Positions 50,806 through 62,667 of a DNA stretch of 64,000 nt are shown piece by piece. Made by a program: the position numbers and the translations under genes. This DNA is from Octopus vulgaris (lineage: Eukaryota). Under the pieces are notes generated by a model, which was given only the letters and a program-made list of their open reading frames with translations, had not been told where the DNA came from and did no database searches. Numbering within the stretch: position 1 is the first letter of the stretch; each line of letters begins with the position of its first letter. The stretch spans positions 63,550,001 through 63,614,000 of the forward strand of contig OX597822.1 in assembly GCA_951406725.2 (NCBI GenBank), read 5' to 3'.

Positions 50806-52235
50806 CAGGGAGTCTCAACTATTTTTTTTATCTATGGAGCCCTTTGATTACCGTTTTATCCTGATGGATCCCCATAGCCATTTGATGTTTAAAAACTAGT
50901 TTTATAGATACTTTTTTTCAAAATTCCTATTTTGCTTTTCACACATTATCTTGTGTGTAGGTTGAACTATGTAAAATGTTAGAGAAAGAAACCCAGCTGT
51001 TTCTTGCAATAAATAACAATGTAGACATCTAAAACGTACATTTGAGGGCACCTGAAAAACAGAATTTTTTTCAGGGTTCCTCAAAAACTATTGAGAATAC
51101 CCAATTTACTATTTAGTTGTGTGGACCCCAAAAATTTTATATGGTGGATGAGTACAGCTGTGGGGAAAAGTGCCACACCCTAGCGCTTGTGGGAACCTGT
51201 GGAAGAGGTAGACCCAGGGAGACCTGGGATGAGGTGGTGAAGCATGACCTTCGAACATTAGGCCTCACTGAGGCAATGACTAGTGACTGGGACTTTTGGA
51301 AATATGCTGTGCTTGAGAAGACCTGGCAAGCCAAGTGAGACCATAACCTCGTGGCCTATGCCAGGGGTGTAACCAGCCCACTTATGCATACCTTTCCTTC
51401 ATTGGACACTAAACTCTGTTTGCAAAGACCTGTTGAGGCAAGTGAAATCAAAATCAAATTTGATGACTGGCATCTGTGCTAGTGGAGCGCTAAGAGCACC
51501 ATCCGAGCGTGATTGTTGCTAGAGCAGCAAACTGGCTTTCGTGCCGGTAGCACGTAAAAAAGATCATTCGAGTGTGATCATTACCAGCGTCACCTTACTG
51601 GCACTTGTGCTGGTGGCACATGAAAAAACATTCGAGTGAGGTCATTGCCAGTGCTGCTGGACTGGCTCCTGTGCAGGTGGCGCATAAAAATCACCATTTG
51701 AGCGTGGCCGTTGCCAGTACCACCTGACTAGACCTCGTGCTGGTGGCACATAAAAGCACCCACTACATGCTCGGAGTGGTTGGGGTTAGGAAGGGCATCC
51801 AGCTGTAGAAGCTCTGCCATATCAGATTGGAGCCTGGTGCAGCCATCTGTTCACCATCCTGAGTCAAATCGTCCAACCCATGCTAGCATGGAAAGCGGAC
51901 ATTAAACGATGATGATGATGGTGGGCCCTCTTTCCAATCAATGTTTAAAAACTAGTTTTATAGAAACTTGTTTCAAAATTCCTATTTTGTTTTTCACTCA
52001 TCAAGCTGTGTAAACTGAACTATGTAAAATGTTAGAGAAAGAAACCAAACTGTTTCTTGCAATAAATACCATTACATACATCTAAAACATACATTTGAGG
52101 GCACCTGAAAGAAATTTTTTTCAGGGTCCCTTAAAAAACTATTGAGGATATCTAATTTACTATTTTGTTGTGTGGACTCCCCAAAATCTTATATGGATTC
52201 TCATGGTCCATATGGATTCCAGTTGAGAACCACTG
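50806..52235. mobile_element. hAT MITE containing an RTE insertion and a duplicated internal segment
   Basis: TIRs CAGGGAGTCTCAAC / GTTGAGAACCACTG; TSD ATTCACCC / ATTCAACC (7/8). Confidence 0.75.
51141..51920 (+). mobile_element. 5'-truncated RTE-LINE (ORF2 end plus 3' UTR)
   Basis: DEYSCGEKC...GTCGRGRPRETWDEVVKHDLRTLGLTEAMTSDWDFWKYAVLEK; (GAT)n tail. Confidence 0.92.
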
Positions 52236-52243
52236 ATTCAACC

Positions 52244-52690
52244 CAATGTTTCTCAAAACATTTTACCCCTATGGGCCTCTTTTGATTCCTATTTTACGCC
52301 ACCTGACCTCCATGGCCATTCGATGTATTGGGTTGTCCAGAAAGTTTGTGCCGATGTGTTACTTATAATGGTAAAAATTTCAATTCCTTGGATGATGTAA
52401 AAAGATGCCTTGGTGAATTCTTTGCCATGAAACGACCTCAATTCTGGGAAGAGGGTATTTTCAAGTAAAAGGAAAGATGGAAATGCATTGTGCAACAAAA
52501 TGGTTCATATTTGGTTGATTAAAAATGTAATGGCAAGTATTTATTGACCTTTTTCTTTCCTTTAAAAATCGGCACGAACTCTCCGGACAACTCAATATAT
52601 AAATCTTACTGAATTTTTATAATTAAATATTAAAAATTGTATAAAACAAATTAAAATATTTCCTTTTGTAGAAGTTTAAGATCACACTTA
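52244..52690. mobile_element. Partial hAT MITE related to 4997-5472, interrupted by a mariner
   Basis: CAATGTTTCTCAA...CCTATGG..CTTTTGATTCCTATTTTA matches the reverse complement of the right end of 4997-5472. Confidence 0.65.
52328..52595 (+). mobile_element. Internally deleted mariner with both TIRs
   Basis: TA|TTGGGTTGTCCAGAAAGTTTGTGCCGAT ... ATCGGCACGAACTCTCCGGACAACTCAA|TA. Encodes NGKNFNSLDDVKRCLGEFFAMKRPQFWEEGIFK*KERWKCIVQQNGSYLVD*, a mariner transposase C-terminus. Confidence 0.93.
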
Positions 52691-54069
52691 CTCCCTGACT
52701 ACATTATATATTTTATTTAATTTTAATTAATTTTAATTCTTGTTGTTTCCTATGTCTGTGAGTTTGTTTGTTTTTTTATATTTCGCCACAATTAAGTTAT
52801 TTAGATAGTATCATACTCTCTTAAATAACAGTGAAATTTTATGAACCTTTTGACTGTGTAATTAAATTTCATAGTCATTCCCATAGCAATCTTAATTATC
52901 GACCGAAAAAGTTGAATTGATATTTTCTGCTTCTGCAATACTTTTTCTGTATTTCTTGTTGGTACAGTTTTCATATCCACTGCCGAAAGTATTTCATTCT
53001 TGCTCTCTAAAGAGACTTTTGAGGGAATATGTGAAAAAAATTATAAAAGTTTGAAGAATTGTCTTTTGTAGGAAGTGTCACTAGGGATTTCTCTGCTTCT
53101 TGCTGCAAGAAGAGATATATTTTTTTCAATGCCATAAGGGACAATTGCTTTCTGCAGTTAACAGTAATAAACTTTTGAATGGATAGATCTGTTTTCCACA
53201 AAATTTCTTAGTCCAGTAAGTCCAATATGCTAGCAATAATTTACTAGTAAGTATTCATATAGAAAACATCCTTGGATATTTTGCTTCAACCATTTTTCTA
53301 TACAAGACTAAACAGTTTTGTTGTGTGGAGTAACAAAAATAAAAAATACAAATGATGACATAGATGTGCTATAATTTGTTATAATCAACTAATTCTATCA
53401 GAAATAGTAGATATGGTGACAGTTCAAATTGATGTATAGTTACATTGGCAACACCAAATTAACAAAATGGTCCTTGATACCCAGAAAGTTCAACGAGTAA
53501 ATATTTTGACCATTTTAATTTTGAAATACCCATGTTGCTTTAGATCCTAATTACAGTAGTTTAATTAGGTCCTATAAGACAAAGAAAAACTAATAGGAAT
53601 GAAGGGGTTCAGAGAACGGTAACTTTGTTAAGTACAAGACATGGAATCTTATAATTACTACAACAGATTAGAAAAGCTTCAATGATAGTCTTTGTGGCTA
53701 AAATTATAGTCTTTGTACTGTAATTATTGCAGGTGTGGAAATCATTATACAGTTCTAGCCATGTTTGATTGCCTCTCTAGATATCAAAATGTACCTGATG
53801 AACTTGAAATAACTTTGAATTCAAATCCAATTCTCAAGTTCATGTGGTTTTGCTGTCAATTGTAAATCACCAGGTATATATAATTCTTCTAAGCCAGAAG
53901 TACAGTCATTTTTGTGATTTTATGTTCTGGTCTTTCCACTTGAGGCTGAAGAGTTTGGAAATAATCTCAAAATTCAGCAAGCTAATTTAAAAGTATGGTA
54001 ACATATCGTGTTTAAGAACACAACTCCTTTTATTAGCATAGCACGCAGGGATTGTACTGGTGGTGGTAG

Positions 54070-54109
<40 letters not shown>

Positions 54110-54110
<1 letters not shown>

Positions 54111-55012
54111 ATTCTTTCAAATTTTGGCTTAGGCTAACGATTTTAGTGGGAAGTGGCTGAGTGAATTACATGAATCCCAGTTCTTAAGTGGTATTTAATT
54201 TCTTCAACCTTGGGAGTGGGAGATGAAATGCAATTTTGGCAGGATTTAAATAATAATAATAATAATAATAATAGTAATAATAGTAATAATAATAATAATA
54301 ATAATTTTTTCTACTGGAAGCACAAGGCCTTCAATTTGGGGGAAGGGATTAAGTCGATTGCATCGATCCTAGTGCGTAACTGGTACTTTGTTAATTGACT
54401 CCGAAAGATGAAAGGTAAAATCGACCTCAGTGGTATTTGAACTTGGAATGTAGTGGCAGACAAAATATCGCTAAGCATTTTGCCTGGCATACTAATGATT
54501 CTGCTGGTTCACTATCTTGTAAAATAAATATTATTTTTAATAATAATAATCCTTTCTGTTATAAGCACAAGGCCTGAAATTTTATGGGGAAGGTATAAAT
54601 CAATTACATCAACCCCACTGCTCAACGGGTACTTATTTCATTGACCCTAAAAGGATGAAAGGCAAAATTGATCTTGACAGCATTTGAACTCAGAATGTAA
54701 AGACAGACAAAATTCCGCTAAGTATTTTGCCCAGCTTGCTAACTATTCTGCCAGCTTGCCACTTATAATAATAGTAATAACTTTTCTACTATAGGCAAAA
54801 AACCTGAAATTTGGGGGAGGGGGATAGTCGAATGCATCGACCCCAGTACTCAGCTGGTACTTATTTTATCGACCCTGAAAGGATGAAAGGCAGAGTCAGC
54901 TTTGGCAGAATTTGAACTCAGAATGTAGCAAGAGACAAAATACCATTAAGCATTTCGTTCAGTGTGCTAACGGTTCTGCCAGCTCACCGCAATAATAATA
55001 ATAATAATAATA
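54110..55012 (-). mobile_element. Head-to-tail array of four SINE B copies separated by (AAT)n
   Basis: Copies at about 54110-54245, 54306-54516, 54545-54765 and 54778-54990. Confidence 0.88.
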
Positions 55013-55289
55013 ACTTGAGTAGAATTTGAATTTAGGACACAATTGGGTGAAATTTCACAACAGTAGGATTTCATGTTGAGTCACACTACACAGCACCTTG
55101 GGCAAGTATCTTTTATTACAACCTTGGTTCAACCAATACATTGAGTGTGAAGTTTGGTAGATGGAAACTGTATTGAAGCCTATCAGCAAGATTATTTTTG
55201 TTCTTGGTGGGAGAAAGATTTATTCCATTGCCTAGTTTAATAATGCCACCTAACCTTTGGTTGTCTCAGTCCTTGTTGAGTGTGGTGAC

Positions 55290-56040
55290 TTGTATTCTTC
55301 AGTGACCCTGAAAGCTGTCAGTAGAGTGCAAGCTCTAAGCCTGCCATGCTGGACAGATCAAAGGATAGAAAATAGATGAATATGGGCCACAAGAGGGTAA
55401 AAGGTGAAGACCCCTTTTGGAAGACCAGAAGTTGCCCATGTATACCAGTCTCCCTTCTCCTTGCCACTGATGTTATCCAAGGGAAAGGCAAAGGGGCCAA
55501 TACAACTAGACACCAGTGATCTTGCAACTCATTTCTACAGCTGAGTGAACTGGAGCAACGTGAAATAAAGTATTTTGCTCGAGAATGCAACACAGCCCGG
55601 TCTGGGAATCGAACTTGCTACCTCATGATTGTGAGCCAGATGCACTAACTACTGAGCCACGCACCTTCACTATCAAAGGGAAAAAATAGGTTTTCATAGG
55701 GCCAACACCCTTATCTAGAAAAAGTGAAGTTACAGAAATATCAATGACAATAAAAAAAAAACATCAAGAACTAGGCGAGGAATGCCATCTCTTGGGGAAA
55801 CACATGACATGATTCAACAAAATAAATCAACATTTGCATTATGCATCAGACCCTGACTTGGATCCCATGAAGGGGTGTGTAAGAGAGGATACCCTTAAAA
55901 ACAGCTGCAAGTGGGATACTGAGGTAGAGCTGCAAAAGCAGGAATCTAATTGGAGAGAAGCAGAAAAGACATCCCAGGATCGATAACCGTGGGGAAAAAT
56001 TGTCAATGGCCTATATTCTAAAAGGATCAAAGGGCTGGAT
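55290..56040 (+). mobile_element. Old internally deleted RTE-type element of a second lineage
   Basis: 55840-56035 translates (frameshifted) to QTLTWIP..KRG..KN..DTEVELQKQESNWREAEKTSQDR*PWGKIVNGLYS, like the RTE ALTWNP..RKRGRP..W..AQDR..W end. The upstream part is only tentatively RTE 5' UTR. Confidence 0.6.
55415..55670 (-). mobile_element. CORE-type SINE (family E, tail type 3)
   Basis: Homologous to 29682-29990 (GCAACTCATTTCTACAGCTGAGTGAACTGGAGCAA). Confidence 0.82.
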
Positions 56041-57373
56041 GGAATAATCGATTCTTCTGCAAATATTTAGGTGTGGTCTTTGGTCTGAGGAAATCTTCCT
56101 CCCTTCTTTCCACCAGGTTTGGAGCCTCTGAAACGGATTGAAGGACATGGCTTTCTCCTTTTCTGGTTAAGCCATTAATTAACTGAATACTGTCAGGTAT
56201 TTTATCAGCTACTCAAATATTTTTTGCTATTTTGTTGTCCTTAATTAGTTAAGTGGGGAACATTTCATGAGCGAGGGTCAACTGTACTTACTGCTTTGCA
56301 TCTAATCAGCCTTGATCAAGAAGTAAGCTTTGATCAAAGCCATTCTGGCCATGACCTTCCTGTCTATTTAATATATCAGGGATGACAATGTTATCCAATG
56401 TATACTGCTTTGTTTAAGCAGGACGGGTGCGATTTGAGGCATATATGACTGCTGTTTCTAATAGCATGAGCAACTACATAGAGCCCAATGGCAAACCTAC
56501 TTTTATTGTTTTTTAGCTTAGCATATCAAAATATTAATTTCTTTAATAATCCTATTATTAAAGTGTCATTTTACATGTATTTTAGTTTTAGATGAATACT
56601 TATAGATAAGCTTATTATATATAAAATGATATTGCAAGGAGATTTTTATTTTGTTCTTTATTGAAAGTCTATAAATCTATCCACATGTCATTTAATATCT
56701 CACCTCCTGTGACATGTCACTGCTGACATGTATGTGTCATAGGTTCATGATCACAGACACAGTCTCCCGGGGGGGGGGGGGGGTTCAGAGAACTACATTG
56801 AGACAGGCAGTGGGATGGATAGACGAGGAGAGACAGTCTAAGAAAGCAAATCTCAATAGCAACAGTTGAAACTATTTCTAATATTATTATTGCATGTGGT
56901 CAATAATTCTTCCATTGGGAATCTTCTTGATTTTAGAAATAGCAAAGAATTATTATTCAGTCAGAGTAACAGACTCTCTCACTGCTTGTACAATAAATTA
57001 TTTGGAAGAATGGCTAATGTTGTGTTTATACAGAGATAATGGGTTTAGTGTCTGAAATCTGAAACAAAAGACAAGCAATCACATACATTGATAAGGAAGC
57101 TTAATTTACAAACACATAGCAGTTATTTAAGGGAGAAACTTTGTAAAAGAAACATCAGAATATGTATAAGAAAGAGTTGGGTGGTTTATGAATGTTGATT
57201 TGCATAAAGATGCCTTTAGATGCCTTTCGTTACAATGGGTGTTAAATGATGTGATAAATGATGCATTTTAACATCTGAATGGCCATAAAGGAAAATAGCA
57301 TTTTCCTTTTTATTTTAGGAAAAGTGATGATAGACTCAAATATTCAAAAAGAGAGATTCTTGCACAAGTAGCT

Positions 57374-57406
<33 letters not shown>

Positions 57407-57524
57407 CTTATTATTGTATAAAAGTTTATCAGAAATCAATGAGAGAAATAAATTCTTTGAAATTTTTTATTATTTAAAAAAATTTTTTCTCAATGATGAA
57501 AGCAATCTATGAAATCAGCACACT

Positions 57525-57860
57525 GTCAAGGTCAACTTTGTCTTTTATCCTTTTGGGGTCAATAAAATAAGGATCAGTCAAGCACTAGGGTTGATGTAAT
57601 TGACTAGCTCCTCTTCCCAAAATTTCAGGTTTTGCAGCTATAGCAGAAAAGATTATTATTATTATTATTATTATTAAGAAGTAAGGCGGTGAGCTGGCAG
57701 AATCATTAGCTTGCCAGGCAAAAAGCTTAGTGGCAATTTCGTCTGTCTTTATGTCCTGAGTTCAAATTCTGCTGAGGCCAACTTCGCCTTTCATCTTTTC
57801 AGGGTTGATAAAATAAGTACCAGCTAATGATTGAGGTAATCGACTTACTCCTCCTTACAG
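57525..57860 (+). mobile_element. Two tandem SINE B copies joined by (ATT)n
   Basis: 57525-57655 partial; 57683-57860 starts GGCGGTGAGCTGGCAGAATC. Confidence 0.85.
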
Positions 57861-59104
57861 ATTGCTTACAAATAGAATTTTAAAAAAACCCCCAAAAAAC
57901 GAGAATTTTAAAAAATGGTCACGCAAGTGTTACACATCAAGAAGTAGCCAGATGCGTGACCTTATTTCATGCTGGTGACAAACACTGAACCAGTCTGTTA
58001 TAGGGTTTTATTGCACAGATGGGTTACTGTCAACAACGGGACAAACAATATGCAAATTAGTTATGGATCTGAGTATGTAATCATCCACAACAGCTTTGGC
58101 TATGGTTAGCGCGACAACAACGTAACTGATGTTTCAAGTTCAAACCTGCATTGTAGTAACTAGGATCATGTCTAGTGAAGAATGCACAGCTAACTTTCCC
58201 ACCAACAGGCAGAAGGAGAAAAACAAAAGATTATAAGTACATAGCAGATAATTAATGTCCCACCTTAGTATAATTTGCCTCAGCTTCCTACCCTCACCTC
58301 TATTTATTTTGAACTTTTATTCTAGTACAACATTTTTTGGATTATACATGCATAAATAGTACTATGATAGATGGTTCAGCACAGCTATACAATCCTTGTA
58401 ATATGTCATATAAGCAGACATTAAAATGAGAATACTAATAAATTCACTTTCTCAATAACTAGAAAGAAATGCCTTCTAGTCAAACCAATTTTGACAGACC
58501 ATAATTTTAAAACAGATAATTGGATATCTGACCTTCCAAAATCAACAGAATTTCCTATATATTGCTATTTTGTTTTTCGTATCTTTGTTAGTAATTGTTT
58601 TCATTTTTCTTTCTTTCTTTCTTTCTTTTTTTATTTGTTAAAGATTCATCTTCTGTGCAAATTGATATTCCCATTTTACTGTTAGTAACATCAATTGTTA
58701 GGAATCTGTTTTTCTTTTTTTTTTTTTTATAACTTCCTTCTTTTTTCTTTCTTTCATCTTTCCTTCTTCCTTTCTTTCTTTCTTTCTGGTTTAGTCTCTC
58801 ATAAACTTCAGGATAGTTAGTATTTCCAAAATGTTCACATGACCAGCGGAACAGATGGTGATCTTTCTCAAGTAATTACCCTTATTTGTTGATGTGAGGT
58901 TAATATGACTAATATTATATCTTTCTCACTTAAGCCCTTCGCTCCCTATTTCTTTCAAAACTTTCCTCCATTTTTCTCACTTTTGGGTTGTCTTTTCTTC
59001 TCTCCAGTTGAATCCTTCCTTTTTCAGCTCTGTTTCTGTATCCTGCCTTCAGTTATTTTTAGCGCATCCCCTTTCATCCACTTTTGTTGCATGTTCCAGA
59101 TCCC

Positions 59105-59480
59105 TTGTGAGTGGCTGTGTGGTAAGTAGCTTGCTTACGAACCGCATGGTTCCAGGTTCAGTTCCACTGCGTGGCACCTTGGGCAAGTGTCTCCTACTAT
59201 AGCTTCAGACCAACCAAAGCCTTGTGAGTGGATTTGGTAGACGGAAACTGAAAGAAGCCTGTCGTATGTGTGTGTGTCTGTGTTTGTCCCCCCAACATTG
59301 CTCGACAACTGATGTTGGTGTGTTTACGTCCCCGTAATTTAGTGGTTTGGCAAAAGAGACCGATAGAATAAGTACTAGGCTTACAAAGAATAAGTCCTGG
59401 GGTCGATTTGTTCGACAAAAGGCGGTGCTCCAGCATGGCCACAGTCAAATGACTGAAACAAGTAAAAGAGTAAAAGAGTA
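59105..59480 (+). mobile_element. SINE family A
   Basis: Near-consensus copy with a short internal microsatellite. Confidence 0.92.
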
Positions 59481-60070
59481 TGCCAGTTGAAATGCTTAAT
59501 GACATTTTGCTTGTCTTCACGTTCTGAGTTCAAATTCCACTGAGGTCGACTTTACTTTTCATCCCTTCGGGGTCAATAAAATAAGTATCAGTTGAGCACT
59601 AGGGTCAGTGTAATCAATGTGTCCCTCTCCTCAAATTGCTGGTCATGTGCCAAAATTTGAAACCAAGTTGGCAAGATGGCAGAATCGTTAGCATGCTGGG
59701 CAAAATGTTTAGCAGGATTTTGTCCGTCTTTATGTTCTGAGTTTGAATTCCTCCGAGGTGGACTTTGTCTTTCATCCTTCCGGGGTCAATGAAATAAGTA
59801 CCAGTCAAGTAACTGACTAGTCCCTCTCCTCAAATTCCAGGCCTTGGTGCCTGCGAGCTGGCAGAATTGTTAGCACACTGGACAAAATGCTTAGTGGTAT
59901 TTCACCTGTTGCTACATTCTGAGTTCAAATTCTGCTGAGGTCGACTTTGCCTTTCATCCTTTCAGGGTCGATAAATTGAGTACCAGTTGAGTACTAGAGT
60001 CAATATAATCGACTAGTCCCCTTACCCCAAGTTTCAGGCCTTGTTCCTATAGTTAACAGTATTATTATTG
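59481..60070 (+). mobile_element. Three tandem SINE B copies
   Basis: Three repeats of TTCTGAGTT..AATTC..GAGGT.GACTTT..TTTCATCC..GGGTC.AT. Confidence 0.88.
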
Positions 60071-60139
60071 TTGAGTGAGAGAGCAGTAAAATATACGAAG
60101 CCCAGTATACCCATCATGACTACCTGTTTGATCAGAGTA

Positions 60140-60484
60140 GTGAAGGCAGACGTATTGTTTTCAGTCGTGTTTGTTTGTTTGTGGACAAAATATCTCAAGA
60201 ACTGCTGGATGGATTCAGATGAAACTTTCAGGGATGTTTGGCCTCGTAACTGGCACAAAATGATTAGAAAATTGGGATCGATCCGGTACCAGACAAGGAT
60301 TCTGGATTGCTTTTCTGTTTTTTTTACTTAATATTTGAGCGTGGTTGAGTTCATTTTTACTATTCTCGTTTGTGAGAGCAGTCAAGTTTGTTTCATATAT
60401 TCTCACTTTAAAAATCATCTCTGGCTAATTGTTGAGAGGATGTTGGTGTTGCCTTGGCAGAGGTTTGTGCTCTCTGAGTGCTCT
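60140..60484 (+). mobile_element. Helentron-associated (HINE-like) non-autonomous element, 5' end decayed
   Basis: (GTTT)n near the 5' end, GGATTCAGATGAAACTTTCAGGG core, and a 3' GCCTTGGCAGAGGT subterminal motif plus GTGCTC-TCT-GAGTGC hairpin before a T-rich flank. Architecture recalled from HINEs. Confidence 0.6.
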
Positions 60485-60510
60485 TATTATTATTATTATT
60501 ATTATTATTA

Positions 60511-60564
<54 letters not shown>

Positions 60565-61809
60565 CTTTTTACTAATTTTTATAACATGTTCATTGAAGTT
60601 AGACAAATCCAGTAGTTGATATTATATGAAATTTATTTGATAGATTTTTTTTACAAGAAACTTTTATACATCTATCCATTCATCCTTCTGTCCATCCATC
60701 CATTCATCCATGCATGCATGCATACATACATACTTCTTTATGTATGAAACTCTACAAAACACTGACATTCCAAACAACTTGTAAGAGGACTGGGCCTTGT
60801 GTTGCAGGATATTTGACGTGTTAACCGACATTGTGTTAAACGGAGGTATTATACAGAATACTGGGGTGTTCTGTGGAATGTTTAGCATTTTGTTGGCAAC
60901 AAATGAAGCTTACTTCATTTTGACCTTATATACTTTATGTATGGATTTTAATAGAATGCCTGGGTGGTAAATTAGCAGTTGTTACAGCTTAGGACAAAAC
61001 GTTTTTTATGGTATTTGATCTGGCTCTTTGTACTCTGGCTTCAAAACAGGCCAAGGTTAACTTTACTTTTGTCATTTTTGGAGTTGATAAAATAATGTAC
61101 TGATTGACCCAGGGTAGTGGTCTCTAGCAGAATTGTTTGGGTATTGATCTGGATGTCTTTGAGTGTTTGTTATACTTCTCTGTGTTTTGAGGTCTTGGGC
61201 GTTCTAAGGTCTTAATTCATTACCTGGGTTAACACCACCACCAGCTGATCTTTGGATGTTTTTAGCAGGTGCTACTTTGTTACTATTGACTGATCATTGG
61301 ATGCCTTTAACAGGGGCCATTCTGTCACCACTACCTGATCTTTGGATGCCTTCAGTGGAGTCCATTCAGTTGCAAGTATTTGGGCCAGATGTCTGGTTTG
61401 AGGATAATTTACTCCCTTCATTCTAGTAGTCTTGATAGCCTCAAAGAGAAATATAAATGGTCATGGTGCTGTCCTTCCCTTTCTGATCAAACAGTAAAAA
61501 AAAAAGTTTGTAGAATGTCTCGCATATTTAAGTTAAAGAATAACATAACCAGGTGACTTGGATCACATATATTGATGGATTGTAATCTGTGACATAACAT
61601 AAAAACTCTTTTACTTGTTTCAGTCATTTGACCGTGGCCATGCTGGAGCACCACCTTAAAGAGTTTAGCTGAACAAATTGACCCCAGTATCTATTTTCTA
61701 AAGCTGGCATTTATTTTATTGGCCTCTTTTGCCAAACTACTAAGTTATGGTGCAATTAATAAAACTAGCACCAGTTGGTACATCATCGGCGGCGGTGGCA
61801 GCGGAATCA

Positions 61810-62225
61810 TCGTTGTCGTCGTTTAATGTCTGTTGTCTATGTTGACATGGGTTGGATGGTTTGACTGAGGTTGGTAAGCTGAGGGGCTGCACCAGACTCC
61901 AGTATGATTTGGCATGGTTGGTATGGCTGGATGCCCTCCCTAATGCCAACCACTCCGAGAGTGTAATGGGTAATTTTTTCGTGCCACCAGCATAGGTGCC
62001 AGTTGTGCAACACCAGTATCTACCATAACTATGATTTCACTTGGCTTGATGGGTTTTCTTCTCAAGCACAGCATATTGCCAAACATCTTGGTCATTTGCC
62101 AATGCCTCTGTGAGGCCCAATGCTTGAAAGGTGCCTTTTATGTGCCACCAGCATGGGTGCTAGTTATGCAACACCGGCATCAGCCACCTGAAAGGTGTCT
62201 TTTGCATGCCAGTTATGTGACACTG
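61810..62225 (-). mobile_element. RTE-LINE 3' UTR
   Basis: GGCTGGATGCCCTCCCTAATGCCAACCACTCCGAGAGTGTA; collinear with 6827-7322. Confidence 0.8.
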
Positions 62226-62254
62226 ACATATAGGATGGGCTTCTTTCAGTTTCT

Positions 62255-62667
62255 TATTTCTTTACTACCCACAAGGAGCTAAACACAGAAGGGACAAACA
62301 AGGACAGGCAAAGGGATTGTCATTTACATCGACCCCAGTGCATAACTGGTACTTAATTTATTGACCTCAAAAGGATGAAAGGCAAAGTCGACCTCGGCGG
62401 AATTTGAACTCAGAACGTAGCAGCAGACAAAATACCAATTTCTTTACTACCCACAAGGGGCTAAACACAGAGAGGACAAACAAGGACAGACAAACGTATT
62501 AAGTCGATTATATCGACCCCAGTGCATAACTGGTACTTATTTAATCGACCCCGAAAGGATGAAAGGCAAAGTCGACCTCGGCGGAATTCGAACTCAGAAC
62601 GTAGCAGTAGACAAAATACTGTTAAGCATTTCGCCCGGTGTGCTAAAGTTTCTGCCAGCTTTCCGCC
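62255..62667 (-). mobile_element. Two tandem SINE B variants with an alternative tail
   Basis: Repeated TTTCTTTACTACCCACAAGG...GACAAACAAGGACAG...GATGAAAGGCAAAGTCGACCTCGGCGGAATT. Confidence 0.85.

Noticed and set aside
53794-53812. Hammerhead-like CTGATGA...GAAA (also CTGATGA near 8694 and 43813)
   Set aside because: There is no room for stem II or no correctly placed GAAA and flanking stems.
56767-56783. Poly-G run and other G-tracts (33955-33975, 42354-42372) as G-quadruplex elements
   Set aside because: Such simple tracts are common, some have only three G-runs, and there is no functional context.
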